In this document: in pieces, positions 39,485-48,349 of the stretch
Layout of the letters: each line of letters opens with the position of its first letter
How positions within the stretch are numbered: the first letter of the stretch is position 1
Assembly: GCA_041736175.1 (NCBI GenBank)
Contig: JBGSUI010000193.1
Span: 1-64,000 of the forward strand
Direction of reading: 5' to 3'
Source: Oligoflexales bacterium
Lineage (GTDB): Bacteria > Bdellovibrionota_B > Oligoflexia > Oligoflexales > CAIYRB01
DNA length: 64,000 nucleotides
The notes under the pieces: generated by a model
The model's database searches: none
What the model was told of the DNA's origin: nothing
What the model saw: the letters and a program-made list of their open reading frames with translations, nothing else
Translations under genes and position numbers: made by a program

Positions 39485-40624
39485 GTGACTCACCTAACTG
39501 TAAGAAATTTTGCCCATATTAAAAATATTGAGATTAATCTCACTGATTTGACAATTTTAGTCGGCGCACAAGGAACAGGGAAAAGTTTATTTTTACAGTG
39601 GCTTAAAGCATCATATGATGGGCGACAGATCGTTGATGCACTGCGAGATGCTGGACAAGAAACCGATCCAGACCTTCTTATTGATCAGATATTTGGTCTA
39701 GGAATGGGTAACGCCTGGAACAAGGATACTTCGAGTGTTACGCTTGATAGAAAATCCATTACTCCGAGAAACATTAGCCGTATTGGTAACGGCAAAGAAA
39801 ACGTCTTCTTTATCCCCGCACATCGATCGATGCTCATAAGCGACGGATGGGCGTCGCCCTTCCAAAAGCTAACCGCAGAAACACCCGTTGTTGCGCGACT
39901 GTTCAGCCAAAATTTGTTTGACCGATTTTCTTCTAAACAAATCGACAAACTCTTCCCTCTGGATAAAGTTTTGAAGAAAGAATATCGATTATTAATTGAT
40001 GATGCCATCTATCATGGTGGCTTGATAGGTTTGGAAAGAGACAAACAACATTCTAAGAGACTTAAGCTATCCCATGGCACCACACATCTTCCGTTTGTTA
40101 CGTGGACTGCAGGTCAACGGGAATTCACACCACTTTTACTCGGCCTCTATCACCTTCTTCCGTCAACCAAATTACGTAAACGTAAGGAAATCGATTGGGT
40201 TGTTATCGAAGAACCAGAAATGGGTTTACACCCCCAAGCAATATCAGTCTTTATGCTTTTAGTCTTGGACTTAATCTGGCGTGGTTATAAGATTGTTATC
40301 TCGACACACTCTCCGACAATTCTATCCGCGGTATGGATGGTTAAACGACTTCAAGATTATGGGTCATCTTGGCACAAAGTATGTGAAGGGTTTCAAATCA
40401 AAAAAAATCAGAGTATGAAAAATGTTGCTGAAACCGCCTTAAAGGCAAAATATGGAGTTTATCTCTTTCACTTTGATTCGGATGGGAAAATAGTTTCAAA
40501 AAACATCTCGTCCTTAGATCCTGGTAACGACGATGACGATATTTCAGGATGGGGCGGACTCATTGGATTCACCTCTCAATTCGGCAAGACCGTGCGAAAA
40601 GCTGCAAATGAGGCCACTGAATGA
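39485..40624 (+). CDS. ABC-type ATPase (AAA_15/AAA_21-like), putative defence ATPase
   Basis: VRNFAHIK, GAQGTGKS, WTAGQRE, VVIEEPEMGLHP, ISTHSP. GGAGG RBS precedes GTG 39485 (alternative ATG 39464). Confidence 0.88.
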   Translation: MTHLTVRNFAHIKNIEINLTDLTILVGAQGTGKSLFLQWLKASYDGRQIVDALRDAGQETDPDLLIDQIFGLGMGNAWNKDTSSVTLDRKSITPRNISRIGNGKENVFFIPAHRSMLISDGWASPFQKLTAETPVVARLFSQNLFDRFSSKQIDKLFPLDKVLKKEYRLLIDDAIYHGGLIGLERDKQHSKRLKLSHGTTHLPFVTWTAGQREFTPLLLGLYHLLPSTKLRKRKEIDWVVIEEPEMGLHPQAISVFMLLVLDLIWRGYKIVISTHSPTILSAVWMVKRLQDYGSSWHKVCEGFQIKKNQSMKNVAETALKAKYGVYLFHFDSDGKIVSKNISSLDPGNDDDDISGWGGLIGFTSQFGKTVRKAANEATE

Positions 40625-41073
40625 CCACAACGATTCGACGGAACCTCAAAAAAAGTGATTTAAAAGAATTGATAAAGGATGGAATCCAAGCATTGGAAAC
40701 TGGGGATCGAAAATACATCTCCGAGGACTTACGCGCCATTTTTGATGACAGCATAAACACAGACGAAGCCTTTAAGGCTAAGTATAGCCAATCTAACCGT
40801 TGGGATTATCTGATTGGCAATAAACAAAAGAACAAAATAATTGCTCTAGAACCGCATACAGCGAAAAATAGCGAAATCGGCGTGGTCATCGCAAAGCGAT
40901 CGGCAGCTCGTCAGCAATTAAAAGACCATCTTGACCTTAGTCAGATCTCTCACTGGTTTTGGGTTGCCTCTGGAAAAACCGAATTTCTCCCCCTCGAAAA
41001 AGCTAACATGAGACTCAACGAGAATGGCATCGAGTTTATTGGCAAAGCTCTCCTACGTAAGCACCTTAAGTAG
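40621..41073 (+). CDS. Small protein with restriction-endonuclease-like motif
   Basis: ATGA overlap with the ATPase; RWDYLIG...IIALEPH resembles a PD-(D/E)xK core. Confidence 0.65.
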   Translation: MTTTIRRNLKKSDLKELIKDGIQALETGDRKYISEDLRAIFDDSINTDEAFKAKYSQSNRWDYLIGNKQKNKIIALEPHTAKNSEIGVVIAKRSAARQQLKDHLDLSQISHWFWVASGKTEFLPLEKANMRLNENGIEFIGKALLRKHLK

Positions 41074-41569
41074 AATCCCCCCAAATACTGGCTAAAATGA
41101 TCGGTAGATAGCCAGCCTCTCCGGTAGTCCCGGACGCAGTCAGACCTCCCGAGGCGCGCAGGCTCCCATGGGGACAGAACTCGTCCCTGATGTGGACCGA
41201 AATGGTCTCGAGGCGGTGCTCTCCTGGACCAAAAACCGCCGTGATTTTGCCGCACGACACTACGGCGACCAAGGTCACCAAAGATCACTATCTCCGAGAT
41301 TTTGGGGGGGCGAAATCGTCTACCAGATCCAGATGGTGGGGCGCCCCATCGATACTAACAGAATAGGGTTTTCGGGTCAGATGATCGAAGGCAACCAGGT
41401 AAAAGTCTTTCTTCCTCGCAATAAACCAAAGACCTGGGACCCAGATTTGCAGTCCTACCTTTGCCTCAATTCACCCGACCACTTTGGAAAAACCAACACA
41501 ATCCCGTAAATTCCTTTACAAGATTCATTATTTCGTTACGTGTAACGGTTCACAGATCCACAGGCCAAC

Positions 41570-41596
41570 TCAACGATTGTCCTGCTTCGCCGATAA
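41570..41596 (+). promoter_or_regulatory. FliA/sigma28-like promoter
   Basis: TCAA-N15-GCCGATAA with a perfect -10 box, 24 nt before GTG 41620. Confidence 0.6.
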
Positions 41597-41619
41597 AAGA
41601 GCGTTGGAGACTCTTAATC

Positions 41620-43020
41620 GTGGCAATCAAAACTTTGCTCAAACTAAATATCGTGATCGCTCTCGTGATGAGCTGCGGCTCCCCCGGCGATAAGCCCGTG
41701 GTGACCTGCGCTCTGTGCGGCACCCTCAACGATATCCGTGGTTCCATCGGAACCAAGAGCGGAAGCCAAGCCCAAATGGTCGGCTGGGTCGTGGCCTCAT
41801 TCGAACGGGATACGGGGATCGCCCGCGCCTCCGAGGTGGATAATGCCGGATTGTTTACCTTTGGGATGCTGCGAACCGATCAGGCCCAAACCCTTGCCCT
41901 ACTGACCCCCGACTATATCCTCCAGGCGGTTCTATCGATTCCTTCTGGCAACGAAAAAGCGATCCAGCAGTTTTTTACCATCAACAAACCGATTTTACCA
42001 AAACTGATCAATAGCGGACCGATTTTAACTTTTCAAAACTTTGAAGGCATTAAAGTCTCTAAAGAGCTTGCTGCAGACCAAAATGGCGACCAAATCCCTG
42101 ATGGTGCCCAACATATTCAGGGAATCAGCCTCACCCAATCACCTGCCGTCACAGACACCGACCTGGACGGGGTCCCCAACTTTAAGGATACAGATATCGA
42201 TGGCGACGGTGTGATCAATGTCATCGACCCCGATGACGATGGCGACGGGATCCGCGACGCCTTTGACGGAGACCAAAACTCCGACCTGCTCAATGACTCA
42301 GCGCGCAATGGTGACAACTTTGACCTTTATTTTAAGGAGGGAGTCGAATGGATCGCTGTCCAACACGAATCTAAACCCAAAGACGATGGCACTGGGGTAG
42401 ATACCACCCTTAAATTTAGCACCAAAGTACGCAGTGACGTTACCCCAAACGCTGTCCAAATCCGCGGAGCACCATCACTGCTCAATTCAGCCACTTTTTA
42501 TACTCCAGATGCCTCGGGAACTCTGACGATCCAGCCCTGGAATCGCCTACTCCAAGACGACGGTATCAGCGAAGACTCAGGTGCCAACGATCGACTTTTT
42601 GCCAAAAAAGTCAACCTAGCCACGGGTAAAGCTCCCCGGTCCTATGAGACAGTATTCTTTCAGTTAGCCTTTGGCACACCAGAAAAGCCCTGGTACTTGG
42701 AGTATCCCTATATCTTTCCTGACGTCAAAACCTCGACGATCAGTGCCCAGTACGACCCCAACACCCGCACCGTGCTCCTCGTGGGAAACCCCTTTGGAGA
42801 TGTACAAGATTTTGTTTGGATCATCACCGTATGGGATAGTAAATCCAATGCCATTTGGACCTCTCAGTCGGTCCCTGGAACTACACGGCAGTTTCAGGTC
42901 CAGGAAAACATCCTGGTCACCGGGGAGACCTACAAGTATTCTGTGGTCGCTCAAACCCTCGACAAAATTCCGGGGTATCCAGCTTATACGATCCACAGTA
43001 TAAAATACGATTTAAAATAA
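41620..43020 (+). CDS. Lipoprotein with thrombospondin type-3-like Ca-binding repeats
   Basis: GGAG RBS and GTG; lipobox VMSC; DTDLDGVPNFKDTDIDGDGVINVIDPDDDGDGIRD. Confidence 0.82.
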   Translation: MAIKTLLKLNIVIALVMSCGSPGDKPVVTCALCGTLNDIRGSIGTKSGSQAQMVGWVVASFERDTGIARASEVDNAGLFTFGMLRTDQAQTLALLTPDYILQAVLSIPSGNEKAIQQFFTINKPILPKLINSGPILTFQNFEGIKVSKELAADQNGDQIPDGAQHIQGISLTQSPAVTDTDLDGVPNFKDTDIDGDGVINVIDPDDDGDGIRDAFDGDQNSDLLNDSARNGDNFDLYFKEGVEWIAVQHESKPKDDGTGVDTTLKFSTKVRSDVTPNAVQIRGAPSLLNSATFYTPDASGTLTIQPWNRLLQDDGISEDSGANDRLFAKKVNLATGKAPRSYETVFFQLAFGTPEKPWYLEYPYIFPDVKTSTISAQYDPNTRTVLLVGNPFGDVQDFVWIITVWDSKSNAIWTSQSVPGTTRQFQVQENILVTGETYKYSVVAQTLDKIPGYPAYTIHSIKYDLK

Positions 43021-43073
43021 GCCCTTTCCCTGGTATCCTCAAAGTTTGAGACCTCATGGGAGACCTAAAAAAT

Positions 43074-43232
43074 ATGATGTTCAGCAAAGACGATTTTAAA
43101 ATAACAGATCCAAGCGAAATCATCGAGATCGCCCCCCTCTTCATCCTCCTAGCACTGGTAGGTCCCTTTTTGATGGCCGCCTATGCCCTAGGTTTTGTGA
43201 TGGATCTCACCGGCTGGCTTAAGTCAGACTAG
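43074..43232 (+). CDS. Small membrane protein (52 aa, below the ORF-track cutoff)
   Basis: MMFSKDDFKITDPSEIIEIAPLFILLALVGPFLMAAYALGFVMDLTGWLKSD; GGAG RBS; in-frame upstream ATG at 43056. Confidence 0.55.
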   Translation: MMFSKDDFKITDPSEIIEIAPLFILLALVGPFLMAAYALGFVMDLTGWLKSD

Positions 43233-45369
43233 AGACCGACTTTGGCGTTACCTTAAACAATCCTGCGAGGCATGGGCCAAGGGGATCGGACTTTGCTACC
43301 GAGGTCCCACCCGTGTCCAAAAGCACGCTGGCAAAGTTTTGCGACTTAGCAGGCAACCCTCCTGCCTCTCCCTGCTGGGCGGAGGAAAAGTTAAGAGTAA
43401 CTCCCGATTCGAGGGACTTATTGATTTTTTGGAGAAGCACACCGGCTTTTTTGACCACAGGGTCTTCCAGATCTGGTGTGGCCGCTACGGGCTGTAGAAC
43501 ATCCACTGCGGTTTGCAACTCCTGCTGGCGACATAGGCAAAGCGCCAAATTGTAGGTGACCACAAGTCGTGCATGGGCTCGGTCGGGGCGACCGTAGTTT
43601 TCGGTGGGCAGTGAATCCAGGGTGTTTTTATAAAGCGTGACCGCATCGGCAAACTTGCCCACTTGGGCTAGGGCCACGGCATGGTTATTCATATACCCAA
43701 CGATCTCCGAAAGGGACTCCATTTTTTGGATCAACTCCAAAGCTTTTTTGGTCCGATGGGCCACGATATGGACGCGGGCTTCTATGCTATCGATTCTCTC
43801 TAAGGTAGGATCGATGGACCGAGCCTTGGACACCATCTCAAAGGCTTTGTCTGTGTCGTTTCGGTTGAGATGGAGTTCGGCCAAATCTAAGATCCGCCCG
43901 AGATTTTCGGGAGAGATCTGCCGGGCCTGTTCAAGAATCCGAAGGGCTGCGTCAAAATCTTTAAGCTTGAGAAGGCATTTGCCCAAAAGATTAAGGGGAA
44001 GCAGCGAGCTTTTTCCGAGGAGCTTGATCGACTCTATAGCAGCGAGTTTAGCTTCTTGATACTGCCCCTGATCAAAGTAAAACTCCGCGTCCATATATTT
44101 TTGTTCTCCAAGGGACACCTCCTCATGGACCATATAGACGTCTTTAAGCCTTTGCGCGGCTTGGCGCTTGCCGGCTTTGAGCATCGCTAGAATCCGGCGC
44201 TCCATTGACCTGATTTCTGAGGGGAGTCGCTCCTGGATGGCTGTCCATTCAAGGGCAGTGAGCAGGTCGGCTTTGGCTAAGGGTTTTGCAATCACATTGG
44301 CCACCGACATTTCGGTGAGGAGCCCCCCATCGGTCGGCTTAAGGAGAGAGCTGAGGATGACGATGGGAACATCTATAAACCCATACCCTCTCATTCGCTG
44401 GATCAGAGCCGGTCCCGTCAAACCTTGCATCCTCCATTCGGAGATTAAAAGCGACGGCTCCCGCATGGTGCGCATCGCCTCCCAGGCAACCATACCATCC
44501 TCAAAAGTCACAATCTCTTTGACGCCTCCTCGATGGAGAGCCTCAGTAAGAGCACGGATGATTGCTGTATCTTGGTCTACGATCACGGCATTTTTAAAGG
44601 GTAGGGCTCCTTTGGCCATCTCCCGATCCCTGGACTCGCTTTGGCCATAGCGGGTAAGGAGGGCAAGGGCTTTTTTTTCTAGTTTCCTATCGTAAAATTG
44701 AGCTCTCTTAAGGGCTGCAACACCATCATCGAGCCGTCCACCTAAAATCTGTGCCTCAGCGAGGTGGAGTAAAAGCTGAGGCTGGTTGTAATAGTAATCT
44801 GTGAGGGTTTCTTCCAAGGCCATCAAGGAGCCCCAATCCTGCGCTTCGACCAGATATCGTCTCAAGTATTCCGCGGCCAGGAGTCGAGTATCACATTCCT
44901 GAGCACTCAGACGAGCGCTGAGATGTTGAATCTCTTGAACAAAACTTATTGGGGTCAGGGGTCTGCTCATCCATGTCCAAAGACCTAATGCAAACGCATC
45001 CGGAAGCAGGGTTTGATCGGCCTTATCCACAATAAAGGTCACAAGGATCGGTGCCCCTCTTAAGTCTTGCTGCAGATCGCGCAGCAACCCAAAAGCTTGG
45101 TCTATGTCATCTGCGCACCCAATCCCCAGAATGCACCAAGCAGGGTTTTTTTGGGGGTCCGTTTCGCCAGTCTTACCTTGGCCTTGCAGGGGGTAGTTTT
45201 GAAAAAGCGATTTGCGCAACCCCTCAATGCCTGTATAGCCAAAGACTTGGGCAAAGCCAGCGCCTTTTAGGGTTGATACAATGCTCCAGGGGTCTTGGGT
45301 AGGTAGTGGGGACGGGGAGCCATGGTCGGCTACTAAGACCTTACAGGCCCGCTTTGCGATAAAGTCCAT
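43219..45369 (-). CDS. Receiver-like domain / TPR repeat protein
   Basis: Degenerate N-terminal REC, TPRs, second REC (VIVDQD..LLISEWRMQGLTG..IAKP), C-terminal TPRs. Confidence 0.8.
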   Translation of the reverse strand: MDFIAKRACKVLVADHGSPSPLPTQDPWSIVSTLKGAGFAQVFGYTGIEGLRKSLFQNYPLQGQGKTGETDPQKNPAWCILGIGCADDIDQAFGLLRDLQQDLRGAPILVTFIVDKADQTLLPDAFALGLWTWMSRPLTPISFVQEIQHLSARLSAQECDTRLLAAEYLRRYLVEAQDWGSLMALEETLTDYYYNQPQLLLHLAEAQILGGRLDDGVAALKRAQFYDRKLEKKALALLTRYGQSESRDREMAKGALPFKNAVIVDQDTAIIRALTEALHRGGVKEIVTFEDGMVAWEAMRTMREPSLLISEWRMQGLTGPALIQRMRGYGFIDVPIVILSSLLKPTDGGLLTEMSVANVIAKPLAKADLLTALEWTAIQERLPSEIRSMERRILAMLKAGKRQAAQRLKDVYMVHEEVSLGEQKYMDAEFYFDQGQYQEAKLAAIESIKLLGKSSLLPLNLLGKCLLKLKDFDAALRILEQARQISPENLGRILDLAELHLNRNDTDKAFEMVSKARSIDPTLERIDSIEARVHIVAHRTKKALELIQKMESLSEIVGYMNNHAVALAQVGKFADAVTLYKNTLDSLPTENYGRPDRAHARLVVTYNLALCLCRQQELQTAVDVLQPVAATPDLEDPVVKKAGVLLQKINKSLESGVTLNFSSAQQGEAGGLPAKSQNFASVLLDTGGTSVAKSDPLGPCLAGLFKVTPKSVSSLT

Positions 45370-45469
45370 AAGAATTACTCACAGAAAAGAGCCCTGTTAG
45401 AACGATTTGATTCTTGGTCCAATATATCCCTGGGACCTTTAAATCCCAAGGCTAAATTTTATTCCTGCT

Positions 45470-45910
45470 TCAGGATGACCGTTGAGAGTCGATAAGCTTT
45501 TGAAAGCCCTCCATCATCGGCCCTAGACTGGACTGGGTGACTTTATCGATCATCATCTGGGGGACTAAGCCTTTAAAGGCAACATCGAGGGAGTAGTGGG
45601 CGAGCGTTTGATCGTTTGCAGATGCTTCAAAGGTCCAGGATCCATGACTTTTTTTCATAAGATTGGATTCATGTAAATCCCACCACAAACGGTGGGGAGC
45701 TTCTTCATACATGTGGAGGGAGTAATAAAAGGTCTTTACGAGATTCACCTTAAAAGTCACCAGGGCCGACGATTTGGGGACCAAGGGAGGGCCTACCTCG
45801 ATCGTTGACACCATCGGTATGTAACTAGGATATTTCTGAAAATTCCTTACTCCTGCAAAAACCTCAAGAGGGGTTCCGCGAAAGAGATGATCGGTTGTTA
45901 GCACTGCCAT
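45470..45910 (-). CDS. SRPBCC/START (RatA/COQ10-like) protein
   Basis: VFAGVRNFQKYPSYIP...GSWTFE...YSLDV; AAGGAG RBS. Confidence 0.85.
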   Translation of the reverse strand: MAVLTTDHLFRGTPLEVFAGVRNFQKYPSYIPMVSTIEVGPPLVPKSSALVTFKVNLVKTFYYSLHMYEEAPHRLWWDLHESNLMKKSHGSWTFEASANDQTLAHYSLDVAFKGLVPQMMIDKVTQSSLGPMMEGFQKLIDSQRSS

Positions 45911-46044
45911 GTATTGTCTCCTTTCCAAGTCCATGAATATCTTATAAACTTGAAGGTGAGGGCACAATAAGAGCCTTGATTGGCGTGGTGGGTGGACTTA
46001 TCTATTTGACACGGAAGTAAGCTATGGGTGAATCGGACGTTTCC

Positions 46045-46278
46045 ATGAAGGACTTGGTTGAGTTCATTGCCAAGGCGCTCGTTGACGAAGTGGATCGTAT
46101 CGAGATTAGTGAGATCACTGGCAATCAGACCAATATCATTGAGTTAAAAGTAGCCAAGGAAGACATTGGCAAGGTGATTGGTCGCCAGGGTCGTACTGCA
46201 GATGCGATTCGAACTATCTTGAATTGCGCCGCGGCGAAACTGTCAAAAAGGTACATTCTTCAAATCATCGATGAGTAG
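46045..46278 (+). CDS. khpA: KH-domain RNA-binding protein
   Basis: MKDLVEFIAKALVD...DIGKVIGRQGRTADAIRTIL. Confidence 0.92.
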   Translation: MKDLVEFIAKALVDEVDRIEISEITGNQTNIIELKVAKEDIGKVIGRQGRTADAIRTILNCAAAKLSKRYILQIIDE

Positions 46279-46380
46279 TCGGGCTGTGGAGAGAGGACCT
46301 TTTTCTTGAGTGCCAGATAAAACCTGTTGGTTTTATCCGGTATTTTTTTGGTCAAAAGGAACCCACTAGGAACCCAACCC

Positions 46381-47469
46381 ATGAGCCACCCTCATTTCGA
46401 CGCAGCAGCCTCGGTGTTAATGATTGGAGTGGAGGGACAGAACCTAACACCCCAGGAGGTTCGGTTTCTCCAGACCGTAAAACCCGCTGGGGTCATCCTC
46501 TTCGGGCGCAATATCAACCAAGAAAACCATCTTCAGGTCCGAGAGCTTACCACCTCGATCCAGGATTATTGCTCTGATGTTAACAGCTCTCCCATAAGGT
46601 TGATCGCCATCGACCAAGAGGGTGGTCGGGTGTCTCGGCTTAAGGCAGACTTCCCCAACCAAGGTCCCGCCCTCAGTCTGGCCCAGGGTCGCTGGGATCA
46701 AAATGGACTCGAAGATATCACAGCTTACGGGAAAGCCATCGGGGTTCGACTCAACCAGCTCGGGATCAATATCAACTTCGCCCCCGTCGTCGACCTATTG
46801 ACCGAACCCCTTAACACGGCCCTTGGGGACCGCTGCTTTGGAAAAACCCCTGAACAGGTTATCCCCCGAGCCCGAGCGTTTTTATCGGGACTCCAGAGCG
46901 TTCCTGTACTGGGATGCCTCAAACATTTTCCTGGCCAAGGGGACGCCGCCATCGATACCCACCTCGGAACAGCCATGGTGAATCTTCCCGAAAGCCTCCT
47001 TTGGGAGCGAGAACTCGCACCTTTTAGGGAGCTTATCCACCAAGGGAACGGAACACAGGAAACATCCGCTGAGGCTCCTGCTGCAGCTCATGCTGGAGTT
47101 CCTTTGGTAAGGATGGTCATGGTAGCCCACTGTATCTACCCTGCTTGGTCCCCCCGGGAAGCCAGCCGCTCCCCTGAGATTATGGGCCAACTGTTGCGCC
47201 ACAGACTTGGGTTTGAAGGAGTGATCGTGACCGACGATATGCTGATGGGAGCCATCCCCCAGTCCGACAAAGAATGGTGCCAGGCCCTTATTGACTCCGT
47301 CAGGGCTGGTGCCGACTTGGTCCTGGTTTGCAAAGGACTGGATCGGGCACAGATCGCTTACCAGTGTCTCACCGAGGAAGCCGACAAAGACTCGGAATTT
47401 GCTCACCGCCTCCAGGATGCCGCCCTCCGGGTGACGAGGTTGCAAAAACACGTCGGCACAAGGCTCTAA
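46381..47469 (+). CDS. nagZ: Beta-N-acetylhexosaminidase (GH3)
   Basis: GVILFGRN, IDQEGGRVSRL, NFAPVVD, KHFPGQG....DTH, TDDMLMGA. Confidence 0.9.
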   Translation: MSHPHFDAAASVLMIGVEGQNLTPQEVRFLQTVKPAGVILFGRNINQENHLQVRELTTSIQDYCSDVNSSPIRLIAIDQEGGRVSRLKADFPNQGPALSLAQGRWDQNGLEDITAYGKAIGVRLNQLGININFAPVVDLLTEPLNTALGDRCFGKTPEQVIPRARAFLSGLQSVPVLGCLKHFPGQGDAAIDTHLGTAMVNLPESLLWERELAPFRELIHQGNGTQETSAEAPAAAHAGVPLVRMVMVAHCIYPAWSPREASRSPEIMGQLLRHRLGFEGVIVTDDMLMGAIPQSDKEWCQALIDSVRAGADLVLVCKGLDRAQIAYQCLTEEADKDSEFAHRLQDAALRVTRLQKHVGTRL

Positions 47470-47533
47470 GATTGTAAAATATCCAAAATTCAATATATAT
47501 AACCATTAATTTCATGTGGTTATATAATTTTAG

Positions 47534-47561
47534 TCAAGTGGATCCTAAGCCCTGCCGATCG
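47534..47561 (+). promoter_or_regulatory. Weak FliA/sigma28-like promoter
   Basis: TCAAGTGG-N12-GCCGATCG upstream of ATG 47631. Confidence 0.4.
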
Positions 47562-47630
47562 GGCGGTATGTTTGAGCGTTTCAAACAAATTTCGCAACCA
47601 ATAAACTCACTTTTAGGAAAGGACACCATT

Positions 47631-48116
47631 ATGGAACCCGTCGAATTACAACAGGGGGCGACCGCAGCCCTCATCATCTTTCAAGTCATTGGATTGGCTC
47701 TCTTTGGCACTTTCATCGCTAGCTTTTGGAAGCTTTTTTCAAAAGCTGGAGTCCCCGCTTGGCATAGCATCGTGCCCATCCTTAATGTGGTTCAATTGGC
47801 GCGTATTGCCGGAAAAAGCGGCTGGTTTGCCCTCCTCTTGATGATACCTGTCGTAAGCATCGTGGCCGGCGCTATACTTTATATGAGTCTTGCGAAAAGC
47901 TTTGGCAAGACCGGCGGTTTTGGCATAGGTCTGCTTCTTTTACCGATCCCCTTTCTCCCCATGCTCGCTTTTGGTGATGCTAAATATGTGGGCACCCAGG
48001 GCGTCCAAGTCAACAACGGCCAAGGAGTCATGAATGGCTCCCCAAACCTCTCCGTCGCCGGCCAAGGACAGGTTCAAGGTCAACAGAACCCTCAGGAAAA
48101 CCGTAAAGCTGCATAG
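47631..48116 (+). CDS. DUF5684-like membrane protein
   Basis: WKLFSKAGVPAWHSIVPILN...LAKSFGKTGGFGIGL...LAFGDAKY; AAGGA RBS. Confidence 0.8.
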   Translation: MEPVELQQGATAALIIFQVIGLALFGTFIASFWKLFSKAGVPAWHSIVPILNVVQLARIAGKSGWFALLLMIPVVSIVAGAILYMSLAKSFGKTGGFGIGLLLLPIPFLPMLAFGDAKYVGTQGVQVNNGQGVMNGSPNLSVAGQGQVQGQQNPQENRKAA

Positions 48117-48349
48117 TTTTCCCTGTTAGCTTTTTGGACTTTTTTACAAAGTTGGGCCTTGGGCTTAATGAGGCCCCAAGGCTACACTGCACCGAGCCCT
48201 AGGACTTAACCCGGTTGATGGCATCCCACAGCCCCGATGCCAAAAGTCCTTCCAGTTAAGTGGAAGGCTGCATTTTGGACTTCACTATCCATCAAATTGG
48301 CGCTAAAACACCCCCATCTGGAGATTTATCAAATTTGAAAGGCTGCGCC

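Noticed and set aside
41168..41509. 113-aa ORF as a confident gene
   Set aside because: No RBS or recognisable motif; kept only as an alternative explanation for the region.
41074..41520. tmRNA, RNase P RNA, 6S RNA or hammerhead ribozyme
   Set aside because: No T-arm/CCA end, no GAGGAAAGTCC, and CTGATG is not followed by a hammerhead core.
42150..42300. DNA tandem repeat or CRISPR-like array
   Set aside because: The periodicity comes from Asp-rich TSP3 protein repeats; there are no identical repeats with spacers.
46882..47493. 203-aa antisense ORF, and similar short ORFs opposite real genes
   Set aside because: These are shadow ORFs of well-supported genes and have no motifs.
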